Source: the human T2T-CHM13v2.0 reference genome, Homo sapiens
Direction: 5' to 3' (one strand)
Length of the DNA stretch: 64,000 nt
Assembly: GCF_009914755.1 (NCBI RefSeq)
Contig: NC_060925.1
In this document: piece by piece, positions 1 through 22,548 of the stretch
Layout of the letters: each line of letters opens with the position of its first letter
Position numbering within the stretch: the stretch's first letter is position 1
Position numbers and translations under genes: made by a program
The notes under the pieces: generated by a model
Seen by the model: only the letters and a program-made list of their open reading frames with translations
Told to the model about the DNA's origin: nothing
Databases searched by the model: none

Positions 1-104
1 GAGACCACAGTACATTGTTTGGGTTTTATTTAAAGCACAGTGGGAAACTCCTGGAGGATTTTAAGCAGGGAGTGGCATGAGCTGATTTAAAAATTTAAAA
101 GATC

Positions 105-577
<473 letters not shown>

Positions 578-982
578 TTAGTCTTTGCAGGAATTGTAGA
601 GGGCACTGGGGATGCAGAGATAAAGAAGATAATGGTCCCTGTGAGAACGTGATTTGTGGTACAGAGGAGAGGCTTCTTACCGGACAGTTCCTACTTATTA
701 GTTTTGTTGTATTCTTGCTCCAGCCCTTAGGAGCACACAGTGATGGATGAAGTGGAGCCAAATCTCACCAACAGTAATACAATACGATGAACACAATAAT
801 AGGGATCAAGAAGGGGAACGGCCTTGAAGGGTGATATTATTAATAGGATTAACTCCAAAAAAAAATGTGAAAGTAAGAGTTTCTTAGGTGGAATGGGAGA
901 ACATTCTGAAAGAACTGGGCCCTAAAGTAGAAGGAGGTTGGGAAGAAAGGTCTAAAACAAAGAAAGAATGACTTAAGAAGGG

Positions 983-1272
983 GGCTGGTGCAGTGGCTCA
1001 CGCCTGTAATCCCAGCACTGTGGGAGGCGGCCAAGGCAGGCAGATAACATGAGGTCAGGAGTTTGAGACCAGCCTGGCCAACATGGTGAAACCCTGTATC
1101 TACTAAAAATACAAAAATTAGCCGTGCGTGGTGGCGGGCGCCTATAGTCTCAGCTACCCAGGAGCCTGAGGCTCGAAAAATGCTTGAACCCAGGAGGCGG
1201 AAGTTGCAGCGAGCCAAGATGGTGCCACTGCAGACCAGCCTGGGTGACAGTGAGACTCTCACTCAAATAAAA
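983..1272 (+). mobile_element. Alu SINE (S-like)
   Basis: Alu dimer consensus with a short tail. Confidence 0.93.
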
Positions 1273-1691
1273 GGAAGGGAAAGAGACAAGGAGGGAGCTC
1301 AGCATAGGCAAGAGTTGTAGAGGTGTTGGTCGTTGGGGCTATTGCCTGAGATCCCAGGGTAACCCTGATAGCCTGGTAGTATCAATGCTTCTGAAAGTCA
1401 GTTTAGCAATTAATATTCAAAACACGTTAAAACTTTAACCCAGCAATTACACTTGGAAAGAAAAGGTACGTGCACAAATTTGCCTAAAAGGGAAAACTGT
1501 AGCTGTGAAAAATAGTTATCAAAAATACTTATTGGTATGGAGAGTTGTTTGAGAAATAGTAAATGAAAAAAGATTAGACTGAAGTGAGCTGAAGATTTAA
1601 AAAAGAAAGGTGGTTACAAAGCTATGTTACAGTGTGCTCCATTAAAAAAAAAATATGCGATTTAGTTATGTACCCAACAGAAATGCATATA

Positions 1692-2072
1692 CAGTCATGT
1701 GTCAGTTAATGGTGGGATACATTCTGAGAAATGTGTCTCAGTGGTTTTTTTGTTGTGTGAACATCATAGTGTACTTACACAAACCTAGATGGTGTAGCCT
1801 ACTACACACCTAGCCTATAGGGTCTAGACTATGGCTCCTAGGCTACAAACCTGTACTGCATGTTATACTGTAGTGAATACAGTTGCTGCATTCCCCGTGC
1901 CCACTAGAATTCCTGCAATTACTGTAGGCAGTTGAAACCCAATAATATGTATTCATGTATCTATCTAAACACAGGAAAGGTACAGCAAAAATACAGTGTT
2001 ATAATTTTATGGGGGCCACCTTTGTATATTGCAATCTTGTTGACTGAGAAGTCATTACATGGTACATGACTG
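1692..2072 (+). mobile_element. Tigger3a/MER7A-like non-autonomous Tc-mariner DNA transposon
   Basis: TIRs cagtcatg...catgactg flanked by TA; internal cctaggctacaaacctgtac matches the MER7 family as I recall it. Confidence 0.8.
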
Positions 2073-2084
2073 TATTTGTATACC

Positions 2085-2639
<555 letters not shown>

Positions 2640-2844
2640 TTATAAAAAGTTCCACAGGCAAAGTCGATCTATGCTATTAGAAGACAGGACAGTAGTTATT
2701 TATTTTACCTTCAGTCATTTTTTTAAAATTGTGGTAAAATTACACATAAAATCTGCCACTTTAACTAATTTAAAGTGTATGACTCAGTGGCATTCAGTGC
2801 ATTCACAAGTTGTATAACCATTACTACTGTCTAGTTCCAGGTAA

Positions 2845-3173
<329 letters not shown>

Positions 3174-3552
3174 CCAAGGTGTTACTTTTGAAGAAGAGAG
3201 AGTAACTGCTGGAAGGGTCATCATGGGGACTTCTGGATATTAGTTATGTGTGTTTCTTTAAAAAAAAAAAATCTAAATTGCGGCTATATGGCTGTGTTTA
3301 TGTTGTGAAAATTTAGCTGTACACTTGTATATACTTTGCTGTATGAATGTTATATCCGAGTATATATAGATAAATTTGGAGGGGTATGTGTGTGTGTGAA
3401 ATATATTATTGCTAACACTGATTTTTTTCCTGGGAGGTAGGAGTATGAATCCATTTTGTACTTACTATGTTTTGCTGACTTGTTTTCCAATTGGTATTCA
3501 TGACGAATACATGTATTACTTTTGTAATAAAAATTTTAAAATTTAAAACATC

Positions 3553-3852
3553 TTTTTTTTTTTTTTTTGAGATGGCGTCTCATTCTGTTGCCCAGGCTGG
3601 GAGTGAAGAAGTGGTGCAATCTCGGCTCACTGCAACCTCTGCCTCCCAGGTTCAAGCAATTCTTCCTGCCTCAGTCTCCTGAGTAGCTGGGATTACAGGC
3701 ATGCGCCACCACACCAGGCTAATTTTTGTATTTTTCAGTAGAGACCGGGTTTCACCACGTTGGCCAGGCTGGTCTTGAATTCCTGATCTCAGGTGATCTG
3801 CCTTGGCCTCCCTAAGTGCCAGGATTACAGGTGCGAGCCACCACACTCAGCC
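3553..3852 (-). mobile_element. Alu SINE (S-like)
   Basis: poly-T followed by reverse Alu consensus. Confidence 0.94.
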
Positions 3853-3907
3853 TAAAACGCCTTAAATAAAGGACAATAACATTGATTTTAAGCCTTTCCC
3901 CCCAACC

Positions 3908-4213
3908 TTTTTTTTTTTTTTTTTTTTTGAGACAGGGTCTGGCTCTGTTGCCCAGGCTGGAGTTCAGTGACATAGTCTCGGCTCACTGCAACCACCTCCA
4001 CGGCTCACGATATCCTCCCTCCTCAGCCTCCCAAGTACTGGGAGGTGTTGCCCAGGCTGGGAGCACGTGCCACCACACCTGGCTAATATTTTTAAATTTT
4101 TTGTAGAAACAGGGTTTCACCATGTTGCCCAGGCTGATCTTGAACTCTTGAGCTCAGTCCATCCACCTGCCCCAGCCTCCCAAAGTGCTTGGATTACGGA
4201 CGTGAGCCACCGC
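3908..4213 (-). mobile_element. AluJ-like SINE
   Basis: Diverged reverse Alu; TSD-like ttttaagccttt. Confidence 0.9.
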
Positions 4214-5338
4214 TTTCCACCAATTTTAAGCCTTTCAAGAGAAAACATTCCTTATCATCAGTGGCAATGGGAGTGTCTCACCAAAACTTTGCCCAATTAC
4301 TCTTTAGCCTCAGGATTGATACTTCTGCATCTGTTCATCACCCTCTGTGGTTCTGGACCTGTCCACTCTTCCTGGCTGCCTTTCTTCTTGGTGGGTATGG
4401 AAGGAGTATGTGTGGGAGAGATGAGGAAGGAGGTGTTCCCGCCCTGCTTGGACACTGGGTGGTTGTGCTCAGAAGACTCACTCCTTGCCAGGCTGGAAGT
4501 AAACTTGAAGCAAAAGCTGGGGGATTTGAGAAGAGAAGGTAGACTGGCCTGGAAGTTGCATCAGGAGAAGCCAGAGGCTTTAAGCAAGCAAATGACCCCC
4601 TAGTTTCTCATCCCATAAACAAGCAACCATTACAGAAAGAGATTTTTGTTAAGAGAAGACTTTCACAGCCTTCCTCAATCATTCTGCATCCACCAAAACT
4701 CCCTGTATTTCTTAGGAGTTTGGAATACCTTTAAGTCATCCTTGTCTTAATGACTTTCTCACCTTTCAAATCTCAATTTTCATCTTCATCCCTTCTAGGT
4801 TCTTAGACACTATTAACCTCTTCTTCCTCTGTGCTTCCATCCATAGCACTTCCTTTATATGTCTGTTAGAACAGCCATCACATTCTATAATAATTTGCTG
4901 CCAAACTGTGATCTCCTTAATAGCTGGGACTAAGTCTTTTTGATCACTGCATCTTCAACACATATGGTCCACAACACACATGCAGTTTCCTGGCAAACCA
5001 CATATACCTAACAAATGTTGATCTAAATTGTTGAAGGAAGATCTTCCCACCCTCTATCTTTTCCTTAAGCAGAGGGACTACACACATTCCTTCTCTTTTC
5101 CTTAAGGCTTTTCTTCACTACTTTTCTTTGTTACAAGGTTTCTTTAATTCTTAAGAGATTATTGTGCGCTTACACATGCGCATGCCCCGGAACAAGTCGT
5201 GCAGATTTACGCCCATTTCCATGTGCATCATGGGGTCTGTAGTCCTTCTACTTCTCCAGTCCTCTTCTAGAACTTTTCTGCTTCTTCCCTTAATTCCACG
5301 ACCTGGGGACATGGTCAATAAGTTGCTTTTAGCTGGGC

Positions 5339-5649
5339 TTTTATTTATTTATTTGTTTAGTTTTTGAAATGGGGTCTTGCTTCATTGCCCAGGCTGGAGT
5401 GCAGTTGCGCCATCATGCCCCAAACTGCAGCCCCGACCTCCCTGGCTTAAGTGATCCTCCCACCTCAGCCTCTCGAGTAGCTGGGACTATAGGCACACAC
5501 CATCATGCCCGACTAATTTTTAAACTTTTTGTACACACGTGATCTCATTATGTTGCCCAGGCTGGTTTCAAACGCCTGGGCTCAAGTGATCCTTCTGCCT
5601 CAGCCTTTGAAAGTGCTGAGATTACGGGCTTAAGTCACCTCTCCTGGTC
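5339..5649 (-). mobile_element. AluJ-like SINE
   Basis: Diverged reverse Alu with (ttta)n tail. Confidence 0.9.
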
Positions 5650-7073
5650 CCTAGCTGAGCTTTTAGAGAGAAATTTTCCCTACACATTAAAAAGTGTCAG
5701 TCCAGTACTAGCCCTTTTCCTTACCTGTTGAGCCCTTATAATAATATGCCAGGCACTGTGTTGATTCATAATCTAGAGAGGCAGCCACTGCCTCAGGTGG
5801 ATTCATTTATTCATTGGACATGCTCTGGAAACATATAACAAAGTATCTGATCTAGTTCTTGGTCAGGCGCAGCTTCCTTAAGGAATTGACATTCCTGCCA
5901 AATGCTCAAAGTTAAGTAGAAGGTGATGAGGGGAACATGGGTTATAAAAGAGCCCAAGAGAACCATGCATTTAAGTCCCTGAAGTGTGGGGGATGATGGG
6001 ACGGATAAGATGTTCAAGGATCCTGAAGACCTTGCCAATAGTTGGAATGTGGAGCTGGGGGTGGAGTGACCCAGATGAGGTTGAAGTAAGCAGGGACAAA
6101 ACAGGACAGAGCCTTGCTGTATGCTAAGTCTGCTTTAGTCAGGAATCTTTTGGTTGAAAGTGACAACGAACCCACTGAAGGAAAAAAAGGGGCTAAGAGT
6201 TCAGGGTTCTCATCTTTGGTCTCCTTTGTGTTAGCTTCTCTCTTGATCAGGCCTCTGTGAGTGGTCTCTGATCTCCCTAGTCACACAGAAGCCAACAGCT
6301 GGAGTCAAGAGAAGGGGGTGAGGAAGGCCGATGAATAGGGGCTACTTGTCTTTCCACTATTACCCTCAAGTCTACCTTCTTTGCAGGCAAGTCTAGACCT
6401 CCTCAGGTAGACCCTCAGTGGGAGGGCAGGAAGCTTAGCCTTTTAGACTCCAAAGCCGTTTGCTTTCTTAAAAATAGCAAACCCACAGCCCCCTATCTCT
6501 TTAAGGGGCTAAACACATTTTCTCTGCTGTATCCTCAGCCTACCTGGGGAGCAGGACCATTTGGGTTTGGTAAGAGAAAAAAGGAGGGCGAAAACCCCGG
6601 ACACTCCTCCTGTCTCCCGACGCTCGTTCTGGCCGTCTGGCCCTCAGTACTAAGCAGGCCCTGACCTACTTGTCTTACTCTTGCTGCTTCTTCCCGCCGG
6701 GCCTCTTGCCCCTTCTCCGACCATGCTGCAGGTCCTGCCCCAACTTTAGGACTTCAGAACTCCTCCACCGTGCCGTGGAGGAACAGCCCTTCTTCCACCT
6801 CACGCACACCCTACCACGGCAGAACCAATCGAAGACTATCCCAGCCGGGGACCCCCCTTTTTTTTCCTGGGACCCAGCGTTTCCGCCTCCGGGGCGCAGA
6901 CTCCTCCCCCTCACCGTCCCAATTGTATTCCCTGGAAGAGCAGCCGGAAAAGCCTCCGCCTGCTCATACCAGGATAGGCAAGAAGCTGGTTTCTCCTCGC
7001 AGCCGGCTCCCTGAGGCCCAGGAACCACCGCGGCGGCCGGCACCACCTGGACCCAGCTCCAGGCGGGCGCGGC

Positions 7074-7094
7074 TTCAGCACCACGGACAGCGCC
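7074..7094 (+). promoter_or_regulatory. RE1/NRSE (REST/NRSF binding site)
   Basis: TTCAGCACCACGGACAGCGCC is a full match to the canonical 21-bp RE1 consensus, 71 nt upstream of the ATG of a neuron-specific gene. Confidence 0.97.
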
Positions 7095-7164
7095 CCACCC
7101 GCGGCCCTCCCCCCGGCGGCGCGCTCCAGCCGGTGTAGGCGAGGCAGCGAGCTATGCCCGCGGC

Positions 7165-15052
<7,888 letters not shown>

Positions 15053-16529
15053 GGCCCTTCCTCATCTCCATGCTCTTTCACCCTGCCACCCTCTGCTGCA
15101 CAGTAGTGTTGGGTGGAGGATGGACGAGTGAGCTACCAGGAAGAGGGGCGCTGCCCCCACAGATCCATCCTTTTGCTTCATCTGGAGTCCCTCCTCCCCC
15201 ACGCCTCCATCCACACACAGCAGCTCCAACCTGGAGGCTGGACCAACTGCTTTGTTTTGGCTGCTCTCCATCTCTTGTACCAGCCCAGGCAATAGTGTTG
15301 AGGAGGGGAGCAAGGCTGCTAAGTGGAAGACAGAGATGGCAGAGCCATCCACCCTGAGGAGTGACGGGCAAGGGGCCAGGAAGGGGACAGGATTGTCTGC
15401 TGCCTCCAAGTCATGGGAGAAGAGGGGTATAGGACAAGGGGTGGAAGGGCAGGAGCTCACACCGCACCGGGCTGGCCTGACACAATGGTAGCTCTGAAGG
15501 GAGGGGAAGAGAGAGGCCTGGGTGTGACCTGACACCTGCCGCTGCTTGAGTGGACAGCAGCTGGACTGGGTGGGCCCCACAGTGGTCAGCGATTCCTGCC
15601 AAGTAGGGTTTAGCCGGGCCCCATGGTCACAGACCCCTGGGGGAGGCTTCCAGCTCAGTCCCACAGCCCCTTGCTTCTAAGGGATCCAGAGACCTGCTCC
15701 AGATCCTCTTTCCCCACTGAAGAATTCTGCACCCTCTGGACTTCCCTCTTCTTCCTTCCTTTCTCAGGCTCAAGGTGTGGGGGGCAAGGCTGAGTATTAG
15801 GGGAGCTTCTGAGTTCTGAATCTTTGGGTGACCTGCTTGGAGTCTCAGGTCCAAATACTTGAAATCTGTGAGAAGTCCAAGTTCATGGGCTTTTGGAACT
15901 GGAAGAACTTTGTACAGCCATGGATTCCAACATAAGCCATGTTGCAGATGAAGAAACTGACCCACACGGTGAGACAAGCACAGGTGGGTCTGACTCTTCC
16001 TCCCTGCCCTGAGATCCATCTGTCGAGTGCCCTGTTTTTTCCCCACTTTGAACTGACTGGTTACTCTAAGGAAGTGAACTGAGGATGTTAGCTTTAAGCC
16101 AACCCAGCCTCTTTGTCCACAGCAGAGCTGAGGTGAACAGCTGGAACCCTGCTACATCCGTGCTGCTCCAGTCTGTTCTGCTCATGGCTCCATCCTTCTG
16201 GCTGTCACTCTTCCTCTTCCCCTTCCCAACCAAACCTGAGCAGCTTTGAAGCAGAACTTGGGAAGGACAGGGCTGCTGCTGCCAGCGACACCTCAGAAAG
16301 CATAGCCTCGGCTTCCTGCCCCATGTGTCCCTGGAAGCTGTACCCTGACTCTGCTTCCAGAGGCCAGCAGATGGTGGGTTACAGACGGGTCAGCCTGCCA
16401 AGTGCACCTGAGGGACCTGACCTGACACAAGCCATTTTGTCCCTAGAGCCCAGCTGGGACTCCTGCTTCTCTAGGCAGGGCAGAGGGAGGAGACACAGCA
16501 CAGGCACAGAGCATGGGACAGGGACCCCC

Positions 16530-16735
16530 GAGTCTGGATTCAAGTCCTGGCCCTGCTAGTAACTCATGTGAGCCAGCTTGAGCAAGTCCCTTCATCTTGC
16601 TAGAGCTCAGCTTCCTTGCCTATAAAACGTAGGTGGCAATGCCCTCTTCCTGAGGTTGCTGGGAGGATAAGGCAGTGCTTGTGAAAAAGTCTAGCGCTGT
16701 ACCTGGCACAGAGTAGATGCTTCATGAATGTTGAG
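16530..16735 (+). mobile_element. MIR SINE in the CHRNB2 3' region
   Basis: ctggattcaagtcctggc...cttgagcaagtc...tataaaa...cctggcacagagtagatgct. Confidence 0.65.
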
Positions 16736-19700
16736 TCTGACAGGCAACTGGAGCTGGTGAGAATGGGGTCCCCTGACTGTCATGCCAGCCTCCCTCCCAG
16801 GCCCACTCTTCCCCCCTCTTCCCTGAGGAAACCAAGTCTCCCTTATCAGGAAGAGCTGGGGGAGCTGGGAGGAACATTACAGGAACACCAGAGGGAGTCT
16901 AGCGGGTGGGCAGGCTTCTCTCTGCAGCCCCCTCAGCAGTTTCATTCCATTCCTGGGCTGAACCCTTGCCCTGGCCCTGCCTCCCTTCTGGGTCAGCACC
17001 TCCTGACACAGGTGTGTGCTCAGGGACCCCAGGCTCTAGTCCTGTACTGGCTGTGGAAGCCTATCACTGGGACAGGAAGCCAGTGGCTGCAGGAGACAGG
17101 CCTCAGCGCATCTCGTCTGTCAGGATGGGCTCACGGACACCTTTTCTTGGTAGCAGGGAGTGTCTCTGCACTATGGAAACTTTCCCTCTTCTAGAGCGGA
17201 TTGGGAGTTGCCTGTATTATGCCTGAACCCTCCTTGAACTCATGGTCCTGGGGAAGGCGTCTTGGAACCAGAAACAGCAACAGGAAAGGAGCCTCCCTCT
17301 GAAGGGTAGGATGCCGGCCTGAGGCCCTCCCTCTTGGCTCTCCCAGGGCCTGGGCTACCCCGAGGCCCCAGCAGCTGCTGCTGTGGCTGTACTTGCTTTT
17401 AATATTTCCCATACATGGCTGTTGTCCAAGTTAAGTCACCAAATGGTGCTAGAGGGGATGGCAGAGAGCAGCTTGTCCAGCTCCTCTCCATGACCCGGTT
17501 AACACACGAGTAAACAGGCCTAGAGCTTGTCTGCTGTTTGACCTCTTTTAAGACCCGGCTGTGCTGCATCTACAAAATGAAGATGACAGAGCTAGCCGAG
17601 GTCTTCAGCAAGGAAGAAAGGGGTCAGTGTATATGAAAGGGTTACCTGGGCAGTGTCATTCCCTCCATCTCTGTACGCAGCCCTTTGGGAACCATCACAA
17701 TAAGGAAGAGGTGAGGGCAGAGGTGAAGGATCCACTGCCCAGGCAAGGTGCTACCATGTGGTGGGAGAGTGTGAACCCTCAAGTGCACTGGGAAGCTTTG
17801 GGGAACCACAGTCTCTTCCACCCTTGGGTCGTGTGTCGTCCTCTTCTCTTGATGTCAGGGAAGCCCCTATGCCTCCTTCCCGTGGTGGGGCTATCTCTGC
17901 AGAGAATCGGGTGCCCAGCTTAATGCTGGGCAAGGACTGGAGGAAGCTCCAGATCTGGAGGTGGCAGAGATACTGGATGGAAACCTGGAGCAAGGGTTTG
18001 GGAGGGGAAGTGAGGAAACAGGTTGAGACTATCTCCATCAGAGATGGCAAGGCCACAGGTGATCTGAGAACTATTTTTGTCTGAAAAGAAGGCATGCACA
18101 GGCTCTCTGCTTTTGACAGGTGGCGTTGCAGTGGGAGGAAGGCAGCTTCCTGGCGGGGAGATAGAAATACTAGAACAGCTGGTACCAAGTTATTGAAAAT
18201 TTAAAAGCAAACAAGACACAGCAGCCCCCAGGTGGTGTGTTCTACTGAGGAAGGCTACGGCAGAGGAAGGGCAAGACCGTTTCCCCCAATGGTCTTGAAA
18301 CGGAAGAGGAAACAGGGAGGGCTCTTTGGATGGTTTGGGGACCTGGGGCTGTTTGTATCCCAGTATTAGCTCCTGTTACTAAGGGTCTGCTCTGCGCCAG
18401 GTCCTCAGCATGCGTTGTCTTTATTCCGCGTGACAATCCTATGGGAAGGGGCCTCCACCTACGTAACAGAAATGCGGCTCAGAAAGACCAAGTGACAGCT
18501 AGTGAGTAGTGCTGGGCCTGAACCCCAAAGTCCACACTCTTGCTATAGCCGCTGAGGCAGGCAGAAGAGCTCCTTGGGAGGAAAGTAAGGGGCATTCAAA
18601 GCCTTCTCTGAATCACTCCCCAAGCCAGAGTAGACCTGGTTCCAGTTGTCCCCCCCTTGTTTCCGGGCAGAGTCAGGCAGGTGTCATACCATCCCTCCCC
18701 GCCCAACCAGTGCTGGCCAGACTCCCATTCACCGACCTTGACTAGACAGCGAACAGCCACCTTTTAGTATTCATCCCAACAGGTCCAGGCGGTCAGTGTG
18801 ATAGCCACGCAGTTCCTAAGGGACTGTAGGTCTAGGAATCATTAGGACACTCACTCAGCCACCCTCGATGCCCCCATCTTCCCCACACTGCCCTTGGCCT
18901 CCCCGCTCTGCACGCCTGGAGTATTTGCACTGGTCTAGCCTACTCCAGGTCAGACTCATTAGGAACTCAAGATTCTCGTAAAGAAAGTTGTTTCCAAAGT
19001 TGTCTTGTCACTCTATTTGGGGGTTGGGAGAGAGCCCGTGGGGGCCAGCGTTGGCGAATACAGGAAAAAGGGAGAATGCTGGAGAAACTGGACTCGTGAG
19101 AGCTTAAAGACATCACAAGAATCCAAAGAAAAAGTGAGTGGTGACAGTCTGCCGAATCACTGTGATTTGCTGCTTTACAAACCCACTCAGATGGAAAAGA
19201 AATGGCCAAATGACTGGGCCTGGAGTAGGCAGAGTCCAGAAAAGGCCCCCGGGAGTCCTTTGTAAAGGGCTGGGCGGAGGTGAGGACCACTCTCCTGAGG
19301 CGGGGATGGCGGGGGTTTCCTCTCACAGCCCCCGTGCTCTGGGAAGTCAAGGCTGCAGTTTGCATAAGGCCAGACCTGCAGATCTGGGCCTACATCCTGG
19401 AAACAGTATTAAATTGTGAGCCCCCTAAATGAAATGCCAGGTAGACAGCAACTGAAATGAGCTGAAGAAAATCCCTCTTGCGCTCCCTCAGGGCAGCCCT
19501 ACTTCCCAGCCCACTCAGGGAGCGTCGTGGGAGGACAGTGTTGTTCCCTCTGGACACAAAGTGGCTGGGCACTTGCCTCAGGCTGAGGAAACTGTCCACT
19601 TTTCAAAAGACCTGGCACTACATTTCTGTCCATGTGGAACCGGAGCTGTCTGAGAACAGAGAGGACAGAGGCACTCAAGGTTCCTGGTACATCACAGCAG

Positions 19701-19742
19701 GCAGAGACAACAGCCTTCACTGTCTTTCCACTTAAAAGTGTT

Positions 19743-20031
<289 letters not shown>

Positions 20032-20609
20032 TCAGCTTACCCAGCAATGTAGCTCAGTAGGCAATGAATGACACCTGTGGTGTTGTGGTGTTCAGGTCCT
20101 CAAGAAATATGCCCACAAACAACATGTCACTGGCCCTTCTAGCCTCAGTTGTTCCTTCTGTGTAATGGATGAGGCAGGTTTAATTGGAACTTAGCCTCAC
20201 TGTTAGGTACTTTAGATCCTCTGGTTATGATATTATTAAAGGGTCCAGGATGAGTCTTCTAGAAATTCTGATGTAAATTACAATGTGAAAAAAGGTACAT
20301 TCTCTCTGAAATTCAAGATGGAGAGATAATTTGGATGTCATCTATGATGTAAAAAGAAAATGGTCTGTCTCCTAAAACTACAACCAAGCCTGTCCTGGTC
20401 CTGGCTGCAACTTTACTCCAAATATGCACATTCCTGGAAGTCAAACAGCTGGTAGTAGTGGGGTTTGGAGGAGGTAGAAAACACCCCTGAAGGAGAGCTG
20501 GAATTATGTACCTAATAGGTGATCCTCTCTCAAGGGATGTTTTCCTACTCTGGGCCTTGAAATCTTGCGTCTCAAGTCCCGTGGGACAAGATATTTAATA
20601 GTGGGCTCT

Positions 20610-20928
<319 letters not shown>

Positions 20929-21205
20929 TGGGCTCTGCTGGGGAAGGGCCCTGCTGGGTACGTAATCAAAAGGTGCCTGATGAACCCCACCCCACCCAGA
21001 CGCAAATTTACCCACAAAGGGAGGTTCTTTGAAATGGCTCCTTTCCAAAGGCTGAGGGACAGCCCTGTCCCCCACAGGTTCATGTCAGATGCCACTGGTG
21101 CTGTTATCAGAAACCCCAGGGCCACAGGTCCCTTTGTTCCCATTTTCACCTCCCCCAAGAAACCAGGACTTAAAACTTTCTAAGAATTCAGATTCTTGTT
21201 TTTTT

Positions 21206-21211
21206 TTTATT
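21206..21211 (-). terminator. ADAR polyadenylation signal AATAAA
   Basis: TTTATT on the + strand; GU/U-rich sequence follows downstream on the minus strand. Confidence 0.85.
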
Positions 21212-21236
21212 TATGAGGAATGTATATTGTTAAGTC

Positions 21237-21454
21237 ACTGTTATCAAGGGACACATAAAAGCAGAATCATAAAACTGGACTGCAGCCATCATCACAGTAC
21301 CCGAGTCTATGCTTGGGGGTCTTCCTCACTCTGCTCTTGGAGTCACAACCAAGACTCCAAAAAACCAACGAAGTCCCTTCAATGTGAGTAAAGGAAACAG
21401 CTTCAAGCACTGACAATTTTTACAAGTGATTATTCAAGGAATGCACAGTAGCCA
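21237..21454. repeat. Direct repeat copy A in the ADAR 3' UTR (~218 bp)
   Basis: Aligns by hand to 22334-22548 with about 30 differences (~86% identity). Confidence 0.93.
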
Positions 21455-22333
21455 CAGTTCAGACAAATCAACTACAAAAATCATTAAAAAGAAGAGTAGG
21501 GAGGGTCACTGCTTATTAAAAACAAAAGACTGGACAAAGAAAGTGAAGATAACAGTGGGCAGAAGCTCTGCCTCCTCTGTCCTGTGTGACTCAGAGGGGC
21601 ATGGGGGCATGGGGGCGCAGGGATGTGCGATCTGACACGGCTCGTTTCCAGCAGATGCGTGGAATTCAGGGATGCCTCGCTCTCTTCCTACAACAGAAAC
21701 TGAATACTACAGGCTTGCTAGATAAGATCTTGGGGGTGAGTGGGGGTTCTGATCTTGTGAGAGCCTGTGTTCCCAGTTAAAGAAGAGGCAGCTGGCCAGA
21801 GCTCTGCTGGAGAACCTAATGCCCAAGATGGACCAGAGAGGCCAAACAACCTGAGGACTCAGCAGGTGACAACCCTGTAGCCTGAAGAGGAGAGGGGCTG
21901 CGCTGCCTTCTGATGCTGAGAACCACAGACCTCTCTGCCCTGGATGTGGGTGCCAAGACTGATTTACTGTGCCCCCAGCAGACCCAGAGCCAGGGAGCAG
22001 GCCTCTTCCACTCCAGGAGACAGGCGCCACTTCCCTACCAGTTCCTTGGGATGCTTTGGTGTTCTGCAAAGGCATCCTTAGTCTATTTTTAGAACTTGCA
22101 TTTTCTTACTTTGGTCAATTTTTGGTCAAAAGTACAGAGAGCACAGAATAAAAGCAAAGATGTGAATGTCTCTACCAGACAGAGGATGACCTAGTCAGCA
22201 GTTTGGAGGGAAATCATCTGAGGGTGCTGGCTCAGCACGTTCCCAGATGAAGGTCTGTCATCTAAAGGAGAGAGGCAGGCTCAGCTCCTGAAGGTCGCAG
22301 AGCCTCAGTAGTCCTCCTGAGTGTGTCTAGCTG

Positions 22334-22548
22334 ACTGTTATCGAGGGACACGTAAAAGCAGCATCACAAAACTGGACTGCAGCCTTCACCACGGCACCAA
22401 GTCTATGCTTGGGCTCTTCCCTGCTCTGCTCTTGGAGTCATGACCAACACTCTAAAAGCCAACAAAGTCCCTTCAACATGAGTAAAGGAAACAGTTTCAA
22501 GCACTGACAGTTTTTACGAGTGACTATTCAAAGAATGCACAGGAGCCA
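22334..22548. repeat. Direct repeat copy B in the ADAR 3' UTR (~215 bp)
   Basis: Shares blocks such as aaaactggactgcagcc, agtctatgcttggg, ctctgctcttggagtca and tgagtaaaggaaacag with copy A. Confidence 0.93.

Noticed and set aside
21237-22548. A/G and T/C differences between the UTR repeat copies as a fossil of RNA editing (retro-copied edited RNA)
   Set aside because: Transitions occur in both directions and on both strands, and several sit at CpG sites, which fits ordinary deamination.
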